Assembly (NCBI GenBank): GCA_030828465.1
Contig: JAURCL010000006.1
Location: 6,355-70,354, forward strand
Direction: 5' to 3'
Source: Acidimicrobiales bacterium
Lineage (GTDB): Bacteria > Actinomycetota > Acidimicrobiia > Acidimicrobiales > Ilumatobacteraceae
Length of the DNA: 64,000 nt
The notes under the pieces are model-generated. The model did not search any database, had not been told where the DNA came from, and saw only the letters and a program-made list of their open reading frames with translations. The position numbers and the translations under genes are program-made. Numbering within the stretch: the stretch's first letter is position 1; each line of letters starts with the position of its first letter. Positions 44,028 through 52,489 of the stretch are shown here, one piece after another.

Positions 44028-44249
44028 TCAGACTCGTCGGATCTCGACGAAGGTCGTCCGCCGGCGACCCACCCGGCGACCGAGCAGGTAGGCGACTACC
44101 ACCACGGTCACGCCGACGACGGCACCGACGGTCACGAGGGTCTGACGGCGATCGTCGATGGCGCCGCGAAGTCCGTCTTGGAAGCTCTGGAGGGTCTCGC
44201 GAAGGTCCTCTTTCGAGGTGGGGGTCTCAGTCTCGGTGGCCACGGTCAT
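44028..44249 (-). CDS. small membrane-anchored protein (73 aa), function unknown
   Basis: Polar N-terminus, then LVTVGAVVGVTVVVVAYLLG TM and an Arg-rich tail. Overlaps the upstream ORF by 23 nt. Confidence 0.4.
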   Translation of the reverse strand: MTVATETETPTSKEDLRETLQSFQDGLRGAIDDRRQTLVTVGAVVGVTVVVVAYLLGRRVGRRRTTFVEIRRV

Positions 44250-44571
44250 CCTCCTGATCGGTACGAGCGAGATGATCCCGGTTGATACGCGCCAGCGTGA
44301 GGATGAGAAGCGCGATCGCCAGCGCGAACACGATCAGATACGGCACCCAGGACCACGTCCAACTGTCGCCGACACCGGCCCATTCGGTCTGGATCGCTCG
44401 CAGAGCACCAAGCAGCATCAGCAGGGCTCCCGATCCGAGCAGCACGGCACCGATCGCGCCCCACAGGATCCACCGTCCCGCTCCGCGCAACGGCCCAATG
44501 GTCTGATCCTTCGCGTAGGCGATGACCGCGTCGACGACCTCGCTCACGCTTGGGTTCCGACGCTCCGACAT
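44227..44571 (-). CDS. two-TM membrane protein (114 aa), function unknown
   Basis: WILWGAIGAVLLGSGALLMLLGAL and WVPYLIVFALAIALLILTLA hydrophobic segments. Confidence 0.5.
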   Translation of the reverse strand: MSERRNPSVSEVVDAVIAYAKDQTIGPLRGAGRWILWGAIGAVLLGSGALLMLLGALRAIQTEWAGVGDSWTWSWVPYLIVFALAIALLILTLARINRDHLARTDQEDDRGHRD

Positions 44572-44621
44572 GCCCCTATTCCTACCAGCAGAGGAACAAC
44601 ATGCCGCCGACGGCGACCGGA

Positions 44622-45212
44622 TCAGCCCTCAGAGAAGCGCAGTATCGCCTCGAGATCATCGAGCGCGTTGCCGACCGCCGCAAATCGCTCCCCCGGGTCG
44701 GTCAGTCGCAGGATTCGCTGACGATCGACTTCCGAGATCGGGGCAATCGCGCCGGCCACGAAAGTCGGACAGATCGTGGTCTCGCCCGGATGCTCCACGT
44801 CGTGACCGGCCCGTCTCGCAAGATCAACCGCTCGCCCGATCAAGGTCTCCCCGTCGAGCGTCGTGTCGCTCGTGACGTCAACGAGAGGCTTCACCCTCGC
44901 AACGGGGTAGGGATCATCGGGCAACCACTCGGCCACCTCAAACCGATCCGTGCCCACCGTGAGCAACGTGTACCGACCGTCCTCGAGCACGCGGAGGTCG
45001 AGCACCCGAGCGAGTGTGCCCACCTCGGAGCGGGTCTCGCCACCCCCGCTCTCCCGTCCACGCTCGATGAGGACCACACCGAACGCCATCTCATCATCGC
45101 GGGCGAGAAGATCGCCGATCATCCGCCGATAACGAAGCTCGAACACGTGCAGCGGAAGCACGGAACCCGGAAGCAGGGCGAGGCCGAGTGGGAACATCGG
45201 TGTCGGTTCCAC
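44622..45212 (-). CDS. stand-alone LON N-terminal (substrate-binding) domain protein
   Basis: MFPLGLALLPGSVLPLHVFELRYRRMI...GVVLIERG...GTLARV; 196 aa, with no AAA or protease domain. Confidence 0.85.
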   Translation of the reverse strand: MEPTPMFPLGLALLPGSVLPLHVFELRYRRMIGDLLARDDEMAFGVVLIERGRESGGGETRSEVGTLARVLDLRVLEDGRYTLLTVGTDRFEVAEWLPDDPYPVARVKPLVDVTSDTTLDGETLIGRAVDLARRAGHDVEHPGETTICPTFVAGAIAPISEVDRQRILRLTDPGERFAAVGNALDDLEAILRFSEG

Positions 45213-45257
45213 GCGGTGACCCTAGGTGTCCGCCGGTCGCTGAGTCGGACGGTGCGC

Positions 45258-46553
45258 TCAGGGAGAGATCTCTCGGATCGACACGAGGTCGAGTGGATCC
45301 GAGATCAGAGCGAGCGCGTTGGAGATCACCGAAACCGAACCAATCGCAGCGACCGCGGGACCCTCACCGACGACACCGAGCACGTCGCTCTCAGCGGCAA
45401 ACGGGACGAGACCGTCGGGAAGCAGATCCCGGGCGCGTTCCCACGCGGCCAGCAAGGCGCCGCATGAGACCCGGTTGTCCGGACCGAGACCGGATCCGTC
45501 GGTCATCGAAACCCCTGCAGCACCCCAGGAAGCCACGAGATCAGCAATGGTCTCGACCCCGGCGGACCGCGTCCCGCGACCAGAGACCCGCACTCCGATC
45601 TCCTTGAGTACGAATTCGGCAATATCGGCGTCGCCGGTGCTGAGCATGCCCGCCAGGACCCGCGAGAGCGGCTCCCCTCGGACGGTGGCTACCGCGGGCA
45701 CGTCGGGCGGCATGGTGCCGGTACGTGGGAATCCCTCAACCACCACACCCCGCGCGCGGAGCAGATCGACCAGCGAGCGAGCCGCCGCCTGCACCGGTTC
45801 GAATGCGATGTTTCGCGGGCTCGACGACAATCGGCCGCGATCCACAACGAGCGAATCGACTCGACCCGCCTCGGTCAAGCTGACGCTGGCCGGCCAGTCG
45901 CTCGGACGAAGATCGTCGTCGTATCGACTCCCATCGGCGACGACATCGCCTGCGATTCGTTCCACGCCGAGGAGCACCAGCGCGTCGGCCAGTGCCTCCA
46001 CCGGGGTCCACCAGTTGGGCACCGACCTCATGGCATCGGCGAATGACGCGGTGGCGAGCATCGGATCACCGCCGCCGACGATGTAGAGATCCCCGATGAC
46101 GGGCCCTTCGAGACCGTCGGCGTGGAGCGACGTGGAGAAGCGATGATCCGCACCGAGCACCTCGAGGGCCGCGGCCGCCACGATCACTCGCTGTAGGGGC
46201 CCGGCCCTCACCCCGCCATCGGCCTCCACCCGAAATCCCGATTGGCCACCCACCGCAAGGCAGGAACCCTCCGGCACGGCCTCGACCACGCCCGCGAGCC
46301 GCGCCGCGCTCTCGCGCTCCACGACCTCTGACATCAGCGCCTTCGGGACACGACGGAAGGACAGCGCCTCCACCTCGGGGATCCCGACCACTGACGCCCC
46401 ATCGCTCGGAGGTGCTGACGGGACCGTCACTACCGGGATCGAGCGAACCTCATCGCGCGCCCAGTTCCATACCGCCGCAAGCCCGAGGGCCGGCACGAGA
46501 GCGATCGTCACCACGGCCGCGGTTCGGGGCGCACCCGTTCGACGTTCGCTCAC
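45258..46553 (-). CDS. peptidase S13 (PBP4/DacB-like) paralogue lacking catalytic motifs (predicted pseudo-enzyme)
   Basis: Aligns by eye along its length with the upstream paralogue. SNQK is replaced by PLQR and SDN by GDA, and the KTG segment is deleted. TM anchor present. The GTG start overlaps the upstream stop (GTGA). Confidence 0.8.
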   Translation of the reverse strand: MSERRTGAPRTAAVVTIALVPALGLAAVWNWARDEVRSIPVVTVPSAPPSDGASVVGIPEVEALSFRRVPKALMSEVVERESAARLAGVVEAVPEGSCLAVGGQSGFRVEADGGVRAGPLQRVIVAAAALEVLGADHRFSTSLHADGLEGPVIGDLYIVGGGDPMLATASFADAMRSVPNWWTPVEALADALVLLGVERIAGDVVADGSRYDDDLRPSDWPASVSLTEAGRVDSLVVDRGRLSSSPRNIAFEPVQAAARSLVDLLRARGVVVEGFPRTGTMPPDVPAVATVRGEPLSRVLAGMLSTGDADIAEFVLKEIGVRVSGRGTRSAGVETIADLVASWGAAGVSMTDGSGLGPDNRVSCGALLAAWERARDLLPDGLVPFAAESDVLGVVGEGPAVAAIGSVSVISNALALISDPLDLVSIREISP

Positions 46554-47983
46554 TCCGGCCCCAGAACACTCACTCCGGGCCCGGTCGGGTGGGCTCCGAG
46601 GGCAGTAGCGAGCAGGTCCCACAGCGGTCGGTATTCACGCTGGTCGTTCACAGTTGGCGCGTTCAGAACCAACGCGAACGTCAACCGCTCTCCGGTCGGC
46701 GAGGCGACCACACCGGCGAGCGCTTTCACGGCCGGTGGATCGCGGTCGTACGGCGGATTGCCGAGTGTTCCCGTCTTGGCGAACAGCCGTCCCTCCACCG
46801 GTGACCCGAGGAAAGCGTCCGCGAGCGCTCCCGTGGAACCGGCGACCGGTAGAGACTCCTCGAAGAAGTCGCGATCTCGGTCGATGGCGTTCACCAACAA
46901 CTGGCAGGACAGTCGATTCGACGCGGCGAGCCCGCTCCCATCAACGGGGGTGGCGGTGCCATCGAGCGCGACCGCATGTGCCGCCACGGCGGCCACACCG
47001 GCCGCCCGACTCCCGGAACCGGACGCCTTCAGCCCGATTTCCTTCAGCACCATCTCCGCGGTGTTGTTGTCGCTGTTCACCAACATCTCCCGCAAGACCG
47101 CCGGCAGTGTCATCGACGAGATCGTGGCGAGAGAAGAACCCCCCGAAGCGACCCCCGACCGCGCCTCCTCGCCGAATTTCACGCCTCGCTCCACCAACAG
47201 GCGCTGGAACTCCCGCGCCGCCGCGCGCCCAGGATCGGATCCTCGGTAGTCGTCACCGAGCACGCGCGCATCGTTCACGAGGAGGGCGTCGATCGGCCCC
47301 GCCTCGATGCCGGCGATTCCATCGGCCCAATCGCTTGCGTACCACTCATCGTCGTATCGGGAGCCGTCTCCGATCACCGCCCCACTCACGCTGCGCACCC
47401 CTCGCGCCACGATCGCGTCGGCCAGCGAGTCGAGGGAGGTCCCGTTGAACACGGGGAAGCGATCAAGGGACGACTCGGGATACCAGTCCGATGAGAGCAA
47501 CGGGTCTCCCCCACCGACGAGTACGAGGTCACCCTCGATGGCTCCATCAACCGGGTCAGGACCGAGCACCTCAGTGACGAAGGCGTGGTCGTCTCCGAGA
47601 ACGCTGAGCGCGGCGGAGGCGATCAACACCTTCTGATTGCTCGCGGGGATCACCGAGGGAACGCCCGCGCTAAGCACCGGTACACCGTCGACGGAGACCG
47701 AGAGGCAGCTGGTCCCTGGCAGCCGATCGACGAGACCCGACAGACTCTGCGCGAGGACCCCCTGGTTGGCACGACGCGACAGCACGGCGGCTTGGCGCCG
47801 TAACGACATCACAGCGCTCGCCGGTGCGACGACCGGCGACGGGGAGTCGACCACGGCCACCGGCATCGGCTCCCCCTCCGCGTGGCCACTGAGCCACGAC
47901 GCGACGGCAGCGAGAAGGATCGTCGGAATCGCCGCGAGCACGCAGAGAACCACGACAGGGCTCGGACGGGGCTCGCGCGTCAC
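46550..47983 (-). CDS. dacB: D-alanyl-D-alanine carboxypeptidase/endopeptidase, peptidase S13 (PBP4 family)
   Basis: TM anchor, then IPASNQKVLIASAAL (SxxK), MLVNSDNNTAE (SxN) and LFAKTGTL (KTG). Confidence 0.85.
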   Translation of the reverse strand: MTREPRPSPVVVLCVLAAIPTILLAAVASWLSGHAEGEPMPVAVVDSPSPVVAPASAVMSLRRQAAVLSRRANQGVLAQSLSGLVDRLPGTSCLSVSVDGVPVLSAGVPSVIPASNQKVLIASAALSVLGDDHAFVTEVLGPDPVDGAIEGDLVLVGGGDPLLSSDWYPESSLDRFPVFNGTSLDSLADAIVARGVRSVSGAVIGDGSRYDDEWYASDWADGIAGIEAGPIDALLVNDARVLGDDYRGSDPGRAAAREFQRLLVERGVKFGEEARSGVASGGSSLATISSMTLPAVLREMLVNSDNNTAEMVLKEIGLKASGSGSRAAGVAAVAAHAVALDGTATPVDGSGLAASNRLSCQLLVNAIDRDRDFFEESLPVAGSTGALADAFLGSPVEGRLFAKTGTLGNPPYDRDPPAVKALAGVVASPTGERLTFALVLNAPTVNDQREYRPLWDLLATALGAHPTGPGVSVLGPE

Positions 47984-50142
47984 CGAGAGGTCAGCCCCCT
48001 GAATCGGGCGTATCGGTAGAGGTGGCCGAGAGCGCGAACCGCGCGATCGCCGCCGGCGTAGCAGAGACGACCCGAGTCAACCACGGCGCGGACCGCCGGA
48101 TTGCCGGGATCGGCAGTCGCTAACTCGGTGGCGACGAGCACCGGCTTGTTATGCAAGGCCGAGAGTCGAGCGGCCTCCTCGGCGAACCGCCGGTCCTGGC
48201 GCTCGTGGTAGTCGACGATGCGACCCAATCCCTGCTCGGGGTGAAATCCGCCCTCTCTCATCAAGCGGGCCTGATTCGATTGGATGCCGATGCCCAGATA
48301 GACGACGGCGTCAACGGCATCGTGCTCGACGAGCAACTCCAGCACCTCGGGGATCGTGTCGCGCGTCTCACCCCCCGCGCAGTCGACAGGGTTGTTCCGA
48401 CTCCAACGCGACGGCAATCGGTCATCGATAGCCGCCATCAGATCGTCGGGCAGATCAGCCAACTCGAGATCACGATCCTCAGCGATGGTGTCGGCGGTGA
48501 GCACTCCCCAACCACCCGCCGTAGTGAGTACCGCGACCCGAGGGCCCCGCGGGAGCGGTTGGGTCGCGAAGGTGGCCGCGGTCTCGAAGGCCGCGTCCGC
48601 GGAGTCCACCCGGGTCACCCCGATCGCGTCGGCGACACCCGCGAACACTCGGTGGTCGGCTGCGAGCGCCCCGGTGTGACTCGCGGCGGCGCGCGCACCA
48701 CTCTCGGTGGCCCCACCCTTGAGCACCACCATCGGCTTCATCGCCGCCGCCTCGCGGAGGGCGTCCATCAGTGATCGGCCGTCGGTGATCCCCTCGAGGT
48801 AGGCGAGCCCGACAGTGGTCTCCTCGTCGGCAGCGAAGAAGGAGAGGTAATCACCCACGCCGACGTCGGCGGCGTTGCCGGCGGAGACAGCGCGGGAGAC
48901 ACCGACACCGGTCGCGCGGGCCAGGTTCAAGAAGGTTGAGACGAGGTTGCCCGATTGCGAGGCGACGCCGATGGTCCCGCGCGGGGGCATCGGCGCGACG
49001 ATCTGAGCGCAGAGGGAGGCCGGGGTCGACACCACGCCCTGTCCGTTCGGACCAGCGAGAAGGATGCCGAGCTCGTTCGCGACTGCGACGAGTTCGCGCT
49101 GCGCGACAGCACCGTCCTCGCCCGCCTCCCCGTAACCGGCTGAGGTCAGGAACGCGGCGCGTATACCGATCGCCGCGCACTCACGAAGGAGATCGATGTT
49201 CGCCGATGCCGGCGTACACACCACCGCGAGGTCGTACTCACCGGGCTCGAGTTCGGACACCGATGCGACCGTGTCCACGCCGAGCACCGTCTCGCGACCG
49301 AGATTGGTCGCCGCGACGCGACCGGCGTAGCCCGATGCGAGAATGTTGTGCAGGGCGACGAAGCCGAACTTTCCCGGATGGGACGACGCGCCCGTCACGA
49401 CAACACCCTTGGGGTCGAAGAGCGCGTCGAAGCCGGGCCGAGCACCGATTCGCCCTGCAAGCGAGGAAACGCCTCCAGCGTTCCCTTCCGAGATCTCGAC
49501 CAGCGCGTCGACGGCGACCGGGTGACCCTCGGCGGTAACGATCAGAGGGTTGATGTCGACGCTCGCCACCTCGGGGTGTTCGAGCGCGAGACGGCCGAGA
49601 CCGACGAGGGTGTCGGCGAGCATCCCGCGATCGACCGCCTCCTCCCCTCGGAAGGCGCCCAGCAGGGCTCGAGACTGGAGGGCATCAATCTGACGGTGCG
49701 CGTCGGCGAGATCGAGAGGCGCAGGACGAAACACGACGTCGCCCACCGCTTCGGCGAGTACTCCTCCGAGCCCGAGCATCACCATCGGCCCGAAGGTTGG
49801 ATCGCGCACCACACCCGCGATGAGCTCCCGATTTCCACGGATCATCGGAGCCACCAGCAGAGCGACGGACCCATCCTCGGGCCGAGCGGCTGCGAGAAGG
49901 CCGCCGGCCTCAGCTGAGACCGTGGTCTCATCGCCGAGGTTGAGTCGCACCAAACCGCGTTCACTCTTGTGGGCGATCGAGTCGCCGACCAACTTCATGA
50001 CCACCGGGAAACCGATGAGTCGAGCCGCCTCCACTGCCGCCTCAGGATCGTCAACCACACGCTCGTCCGGGACCAGAACGTCGTAGTCGCGCACGAACTC
50101 CTTCGAGGCGGCCTCGGACAGCGTTCGTCCCGCGGGGTTCAC
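47980..50142 (-). CDS. ADP-forming acetate/acyl--CoA ligase family protein (ATP-grasp + CoA-binding + ligase-CoA domains fused)
   Basis: N-terminal ATP-grasp region, then FDPKGVVVTGASSHPGKFG, AGPNGQGV and the AAASHTGALA (phospho-His) motifs. The start is uncertain (GTG 50142, or upstream to 50304 overlapping tetR). Confidence 0.8.
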   Translation of the reverse strand: MNPAGRTLSEAASKEFVRDYDVLVPDERVVDDPEAAVEAARLIGFPVVMKLVGDSIAHKSERGLVRLNLGDETTVSAEAGGLLAAARPEDGSVALLVAPMIRGNRELIAGVVRDPTFGPMVMLGLGGVLAEAVGDVVFRPAPLDLADAHRQIDALQSRALLGAFRGEEAVDRGMLADTLVGLGRLALEHPEVASVDINPLIVTAEGHPVAVDALVEISEGNAGGVSSLAGRIGARPGFDALFDPKGVVVTGASSHPGKFGFVALHNILASGYAGRVAATNLGRETVLGVDTVASVSELEPGEYDLAVVCTPASANIDLLRECAAIGIRAAFLTSAGYGEAGEDGAVAQRELVAVANELGILLAGPNGQGVVSTPASLCAQIVAPMPPRGTIGVASQSGNLVSTFLNLARATGVGVSRAVSAGNAADVGVGDYLSFFAADEETTVGLAYLEGITDGRSLMDALREAAAMKPMVVLKGGATESGARAAASHTGALAADHRVFAGVADAIGVTRVDSADAAFETAATFATQPLPRGPRVAVLTTAGGWGVLTADTIAEDRDLELADLPDDLMAAIDDRLPSRWSRNNPVDCAGGETRDTIPEVLELLVEHDAVDAVVYLGIGIQSNQARLMREGGFHPEQGLGRIVDYHERQDRRFAEEAARLSALHNKPVLVATELATADPGNPAVRAVVDSGRLCYAGGDRAVRALGHLYRYARFRGLTSR

Positions 50143-50194
50143 AAGAACACCGTACTCAGCACACTCGGTCGCGCCCCGGCAGCTCGCGGTCTCC

Positions 50195-50815
50195 TTAGGA
50201 AGCGCGTTGGACGCCGAGCGCGGAGGCGAACAGGTCGACCACATGATCGGCACGACGTTCAAGTTCCTCTCCACTGAACGGGTCACTGTCGAGAAGGCCC
50301 TCAAGGAGCGCCGAGTCGGAGAAGTACGACAGGAGTGCTCCGTAGCCCGAGATCATCAGGTGCCGGGCATCATGCCGGAGGAACGTGCCCCCCGCCATCT
50401 CGCGCTCGAAGTACTCGGCGGCTCGGTCGAACATGGGTCGAAGCACCCCAGCGAGATCGATGACCAGATGGTTTCCGCCGTCGATCGCTGCGCGGCGCAC
50501 GAGACGCACGTAGTCGGGGTTGTCGGCGAAATAGTCGAACCCCGCACGGAGCACAGCCTCCACCTTTTCCCACCCCCGACGGTCGACGGCGGCGGCGGAC
50601 TCAACCCGCTCGAGCCAGTCGGACAGCAGTCGCTCGAAGGCCTCCTGGTAGAGCAACTCCTTGGAGGGGAAGTGATGCAGCAGGCTCGGGCGCCTGATGC
50701 CGACACCGGCGGCGATGTCGTTCAGCGACGTTCCCTCATAGCCCCACTCGGCGAAGCATCGGACGGCCTCGTCGAGGATGAGCGACCGGGTGGTCGCCGC
50801 GGGGTGGCGCGACAC
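50195..50815 (-). CDS. TetR/AcrR-family transcriptional regulator
   Basis: ILDEAVRCFAEWGYEGTSLNDIAAGVGIRRPSLLHHFPSKELLY HTH. Confidence 0.9.
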   Translation of the reverse strand: MSRHPAATTRSLILDEAVRCFAEWGYEGTSLNDIAAGVGIRRPSLLHHFPSKELLYQEAFERLLSDWLERVESAAAVDRRGWEKVEAVLRAGFDYFADNPDYVRLVRRAAIDGGNHLVIDLAGVLRPMFDRAAEYFEREMAGGTFLRHDARHLMISGYGALLSYFSDSALLEGLLDSDPFSGEELERRADHVVDLFASALGVQRAS

Positions 50816-50841
50816 GCCGTCAATCTAACGGCGCCGTTTCC

Positions 50842-50861
50842 CCTACCGACCAGTAGGTAGG
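50842..50861. promoter_or_regulatory. inverted repeat, candidate TetR operator in the divergent tetR/desaturase intergenic region
   Basis: CCTACC-N8-GGTAGG read directly. It lies in the 63-nt gap between tetR (start 50815) and the desaturase (start 50879). Confidence 0.45.
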
Positions 50862-50878
50862 ACTGCTATGGTCGCGGC

Positions 50879-51646
50879 GTGTTCCTCACCTCGTCTGGGC
50901 TCCTCATCCAACTCCTCGTCGGAGTCGCCGCAGGGCTGGCGGTGACCACGCTGGCGAATGTCTGCACCACCGTCTACCTGCATCGAGGCGTCGCTCACCG
51001 AGCGATCCGCTTCCGACGACCTGCTGATCTCGCGTTTCGGATCACCCTGTGGCTATCCACCGGAATCCGCGTCCGACAGTGGGTCGCTGTGCACCGCAAA
51101 CACCACGCGCATACCGACACCCTTGACGACCCGCATTCGCCTGTCGTCCACGGCTGGTGGGCGGTGCAGCGAGGCAACTATCGGATGTATCGCCGGGCCG
51201 CCCGCGACACCGAGGTCGTGGCAAAGTACGCCCGCGACCTGCCGCCATCGGCGTTCGACCGCTGGGTGCTCGACCGGCCTCTCATCGGCCTCGGTCTCGG
51301 TGTGGTGATCCTCGCCGTACTCCTTGGACCGGTCGCGGCGGTCGTGGCGGCAACGGTGCACATCAACTACTACTTGGCGGCATCTGCGGCCGTGAACGCG
51401 ATCGGTCACCACTTCGGACGACGGCCCTACAAGAACAGCGCGACGAACCTGCAATGGCTCGCGCTGCTCACCGCAGGCGAGGGCCTGCACAACAACCACC
51501 ATGCCGCGCCGACCTCTGCCAAGCTCTCGCACCGCTGGTACGAGATCGATCCGGGTTGGTGGGTGGTTCGCGCCCTCACCCTGCTCGGGTTGGCACGGGT
51601 GCGTCTCGATCCGAGACGCACCCGACTCGCTCAGTTCGGCGGGTAG
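50879..51646 (+). CDS. membrane acyl-CoA/fatty-acid desaturase
   Basis: Histidine boxes HRGVAH, HRKHHAHTD and HNNHH, with TM segments; 255 aa. Confidence 0.85.
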   Translation: MFLTSSGLLIQLLVGVAAGLAVTTLANVCTTVYLHRGVAHRAIRFRRPADLAFRITLWLSTGIRVRQWVAVHRKHHAHTDTLDDPHSPVVHGWWAVQRGNYRMYRRAARDTEVVAKYARDLPPSAFDRWVLDRPLIGLGLGVVILAVLLGPVAAVVAATVHINYYLAASAAVNAIGHHFGRRPYKNSATNLQWLALLTAGEGLHNNHHAAPTSAKLSHRWYEIDPGWWVVRALTLLGLARVRLDPRRTRLAQFGG

Positions 51647-52053
51647 ACGCCCATCTGGCGACCCTTGTCGGTCTGCCAGAAGATCTCGGCGATCTCGTCG
51701 ATGTAGGCGACGAGCTGCTCTCCGACCGCCGGGTCCATCGACTTCTTCGCCTCGCCAGCCTGATGGGTGGCCTTCCAGAAGAGATCGTGGAGCTGCGGGA
51801 ACTGCTCGAAGTGGGCGGGAGCGAAGAAGTCAGCCCACAAAACCATGAGATGGTGCTTCGCCTCCTCGGCGCGCTGCTCCTTGATCACCACACAGCGCTG
51901 ACGAAAGACCTCATCGTCGGACTCGTGGTACTTCTGGGCGGTCTTGACGACGCTCAGCGCCTCGATCTTGGCCTGCGCCGGATCGTAGACCCCGCAGTAG
52001 AGGTCGCAGTGAGCATGCGCCACCGTGGCGGTGGTGAAGAGTCGTGAGAGCAT
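51631..52053 (-). CDS. sodN: nickel superoxide dismutase precursor
   Basis: Leader MLSRLFTTATVAHA, then HCDLYCGVYDPAQAKIEA...VIKEQRAE.AKHH..VLW. GAGGAG SD upstream. The 3' end overlaps the desaturase 3' end by 16 nt (convergent). Confidence 0.95.
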   Translation of the reverse strand: MLSRLFTTATVAHAHCDLYCGVYDPAQAKIEALSVVKTAQKYHESDDEVFRQRCVVIKEQRAEEAKHHLMVLWADFFAPAHFEQFPQLHDLFWKATHQAGEAKKSMDPAVGEQLVAYIDEIAEIFWQTDKGRQMGVYPPN

Positions 52054-52123
52054 GGAATCTCCTCGGATGGGCGCGGGTGAACCGCGCGGTGGGGTTGGCC
52101 CAGCCGACACTACCCTCCGCCCG

Positions 52124-52444
52124 ATGCCGGCGCACGGTCGATCACGAAGGCTCACTCCGGTCCGCCGGTTCGTTGTCGCCGACGTCTCGATGGAGCCCGC
52201 CCTTCGCGCCGGTCAGGGTCTCATCGGAATCAGAGGCCTACCCGCGCGCGTCGGCCAGATCCGCTGCGCGCCGCAGCCGGGGACCGACCGATGGGTCGTC
52301 AAGAGGGTCACTCGTGTCGACGGCGACCAGATGGACCTCGGAAGCGACAACGCTGAGAACGCGGTCGATTCTCGACACTTCGGCTCGGTGCCCGTATCGC
52401 GGAGCTACCTCGTGATCATTCGGGTTCCTCTCCGGTGGATGTGA
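52124..52444 (+). CDS. sodX: Ni-SOD maturation protease SodX (S26 signal-peptidase-like)
   Basis: Divergent from sodN. VADVSMEPAL (Ser), WVVKRV (Lys), GDN..N..DSR; 106 aa. Confidence 0.85.
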   Translation: MPAHGRSRRLTPVRRFVVADVSMEPALRAGQGLIGIRGLPARVGQIRCAPQPGTDRWVVKRVTRVDGDQMDLGSDNAENAVDSRHFGSVPVSRSYLVIIRVPLRWM

Positions 52445-52489
52445 ACCCCTGATGTGAGGACCAGAAGCTCGGAGACCTAGCGTTCCGCC

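Noticed and set aside
44028-44571. Holin or prophage-lysis cassette interpretation of the two small membrane ORFs
   Set aside because: There is no endolysin, phage structural gene or integrase nearby, and I could not match the sequences to a holin family from memory.
52054-52123. Nur/nickel-responsive operator between sodN and sodX
   Set aside because: I could not find a convincing palindrome of the Fur/Nur type in the 70-nt intergenic region by eye.
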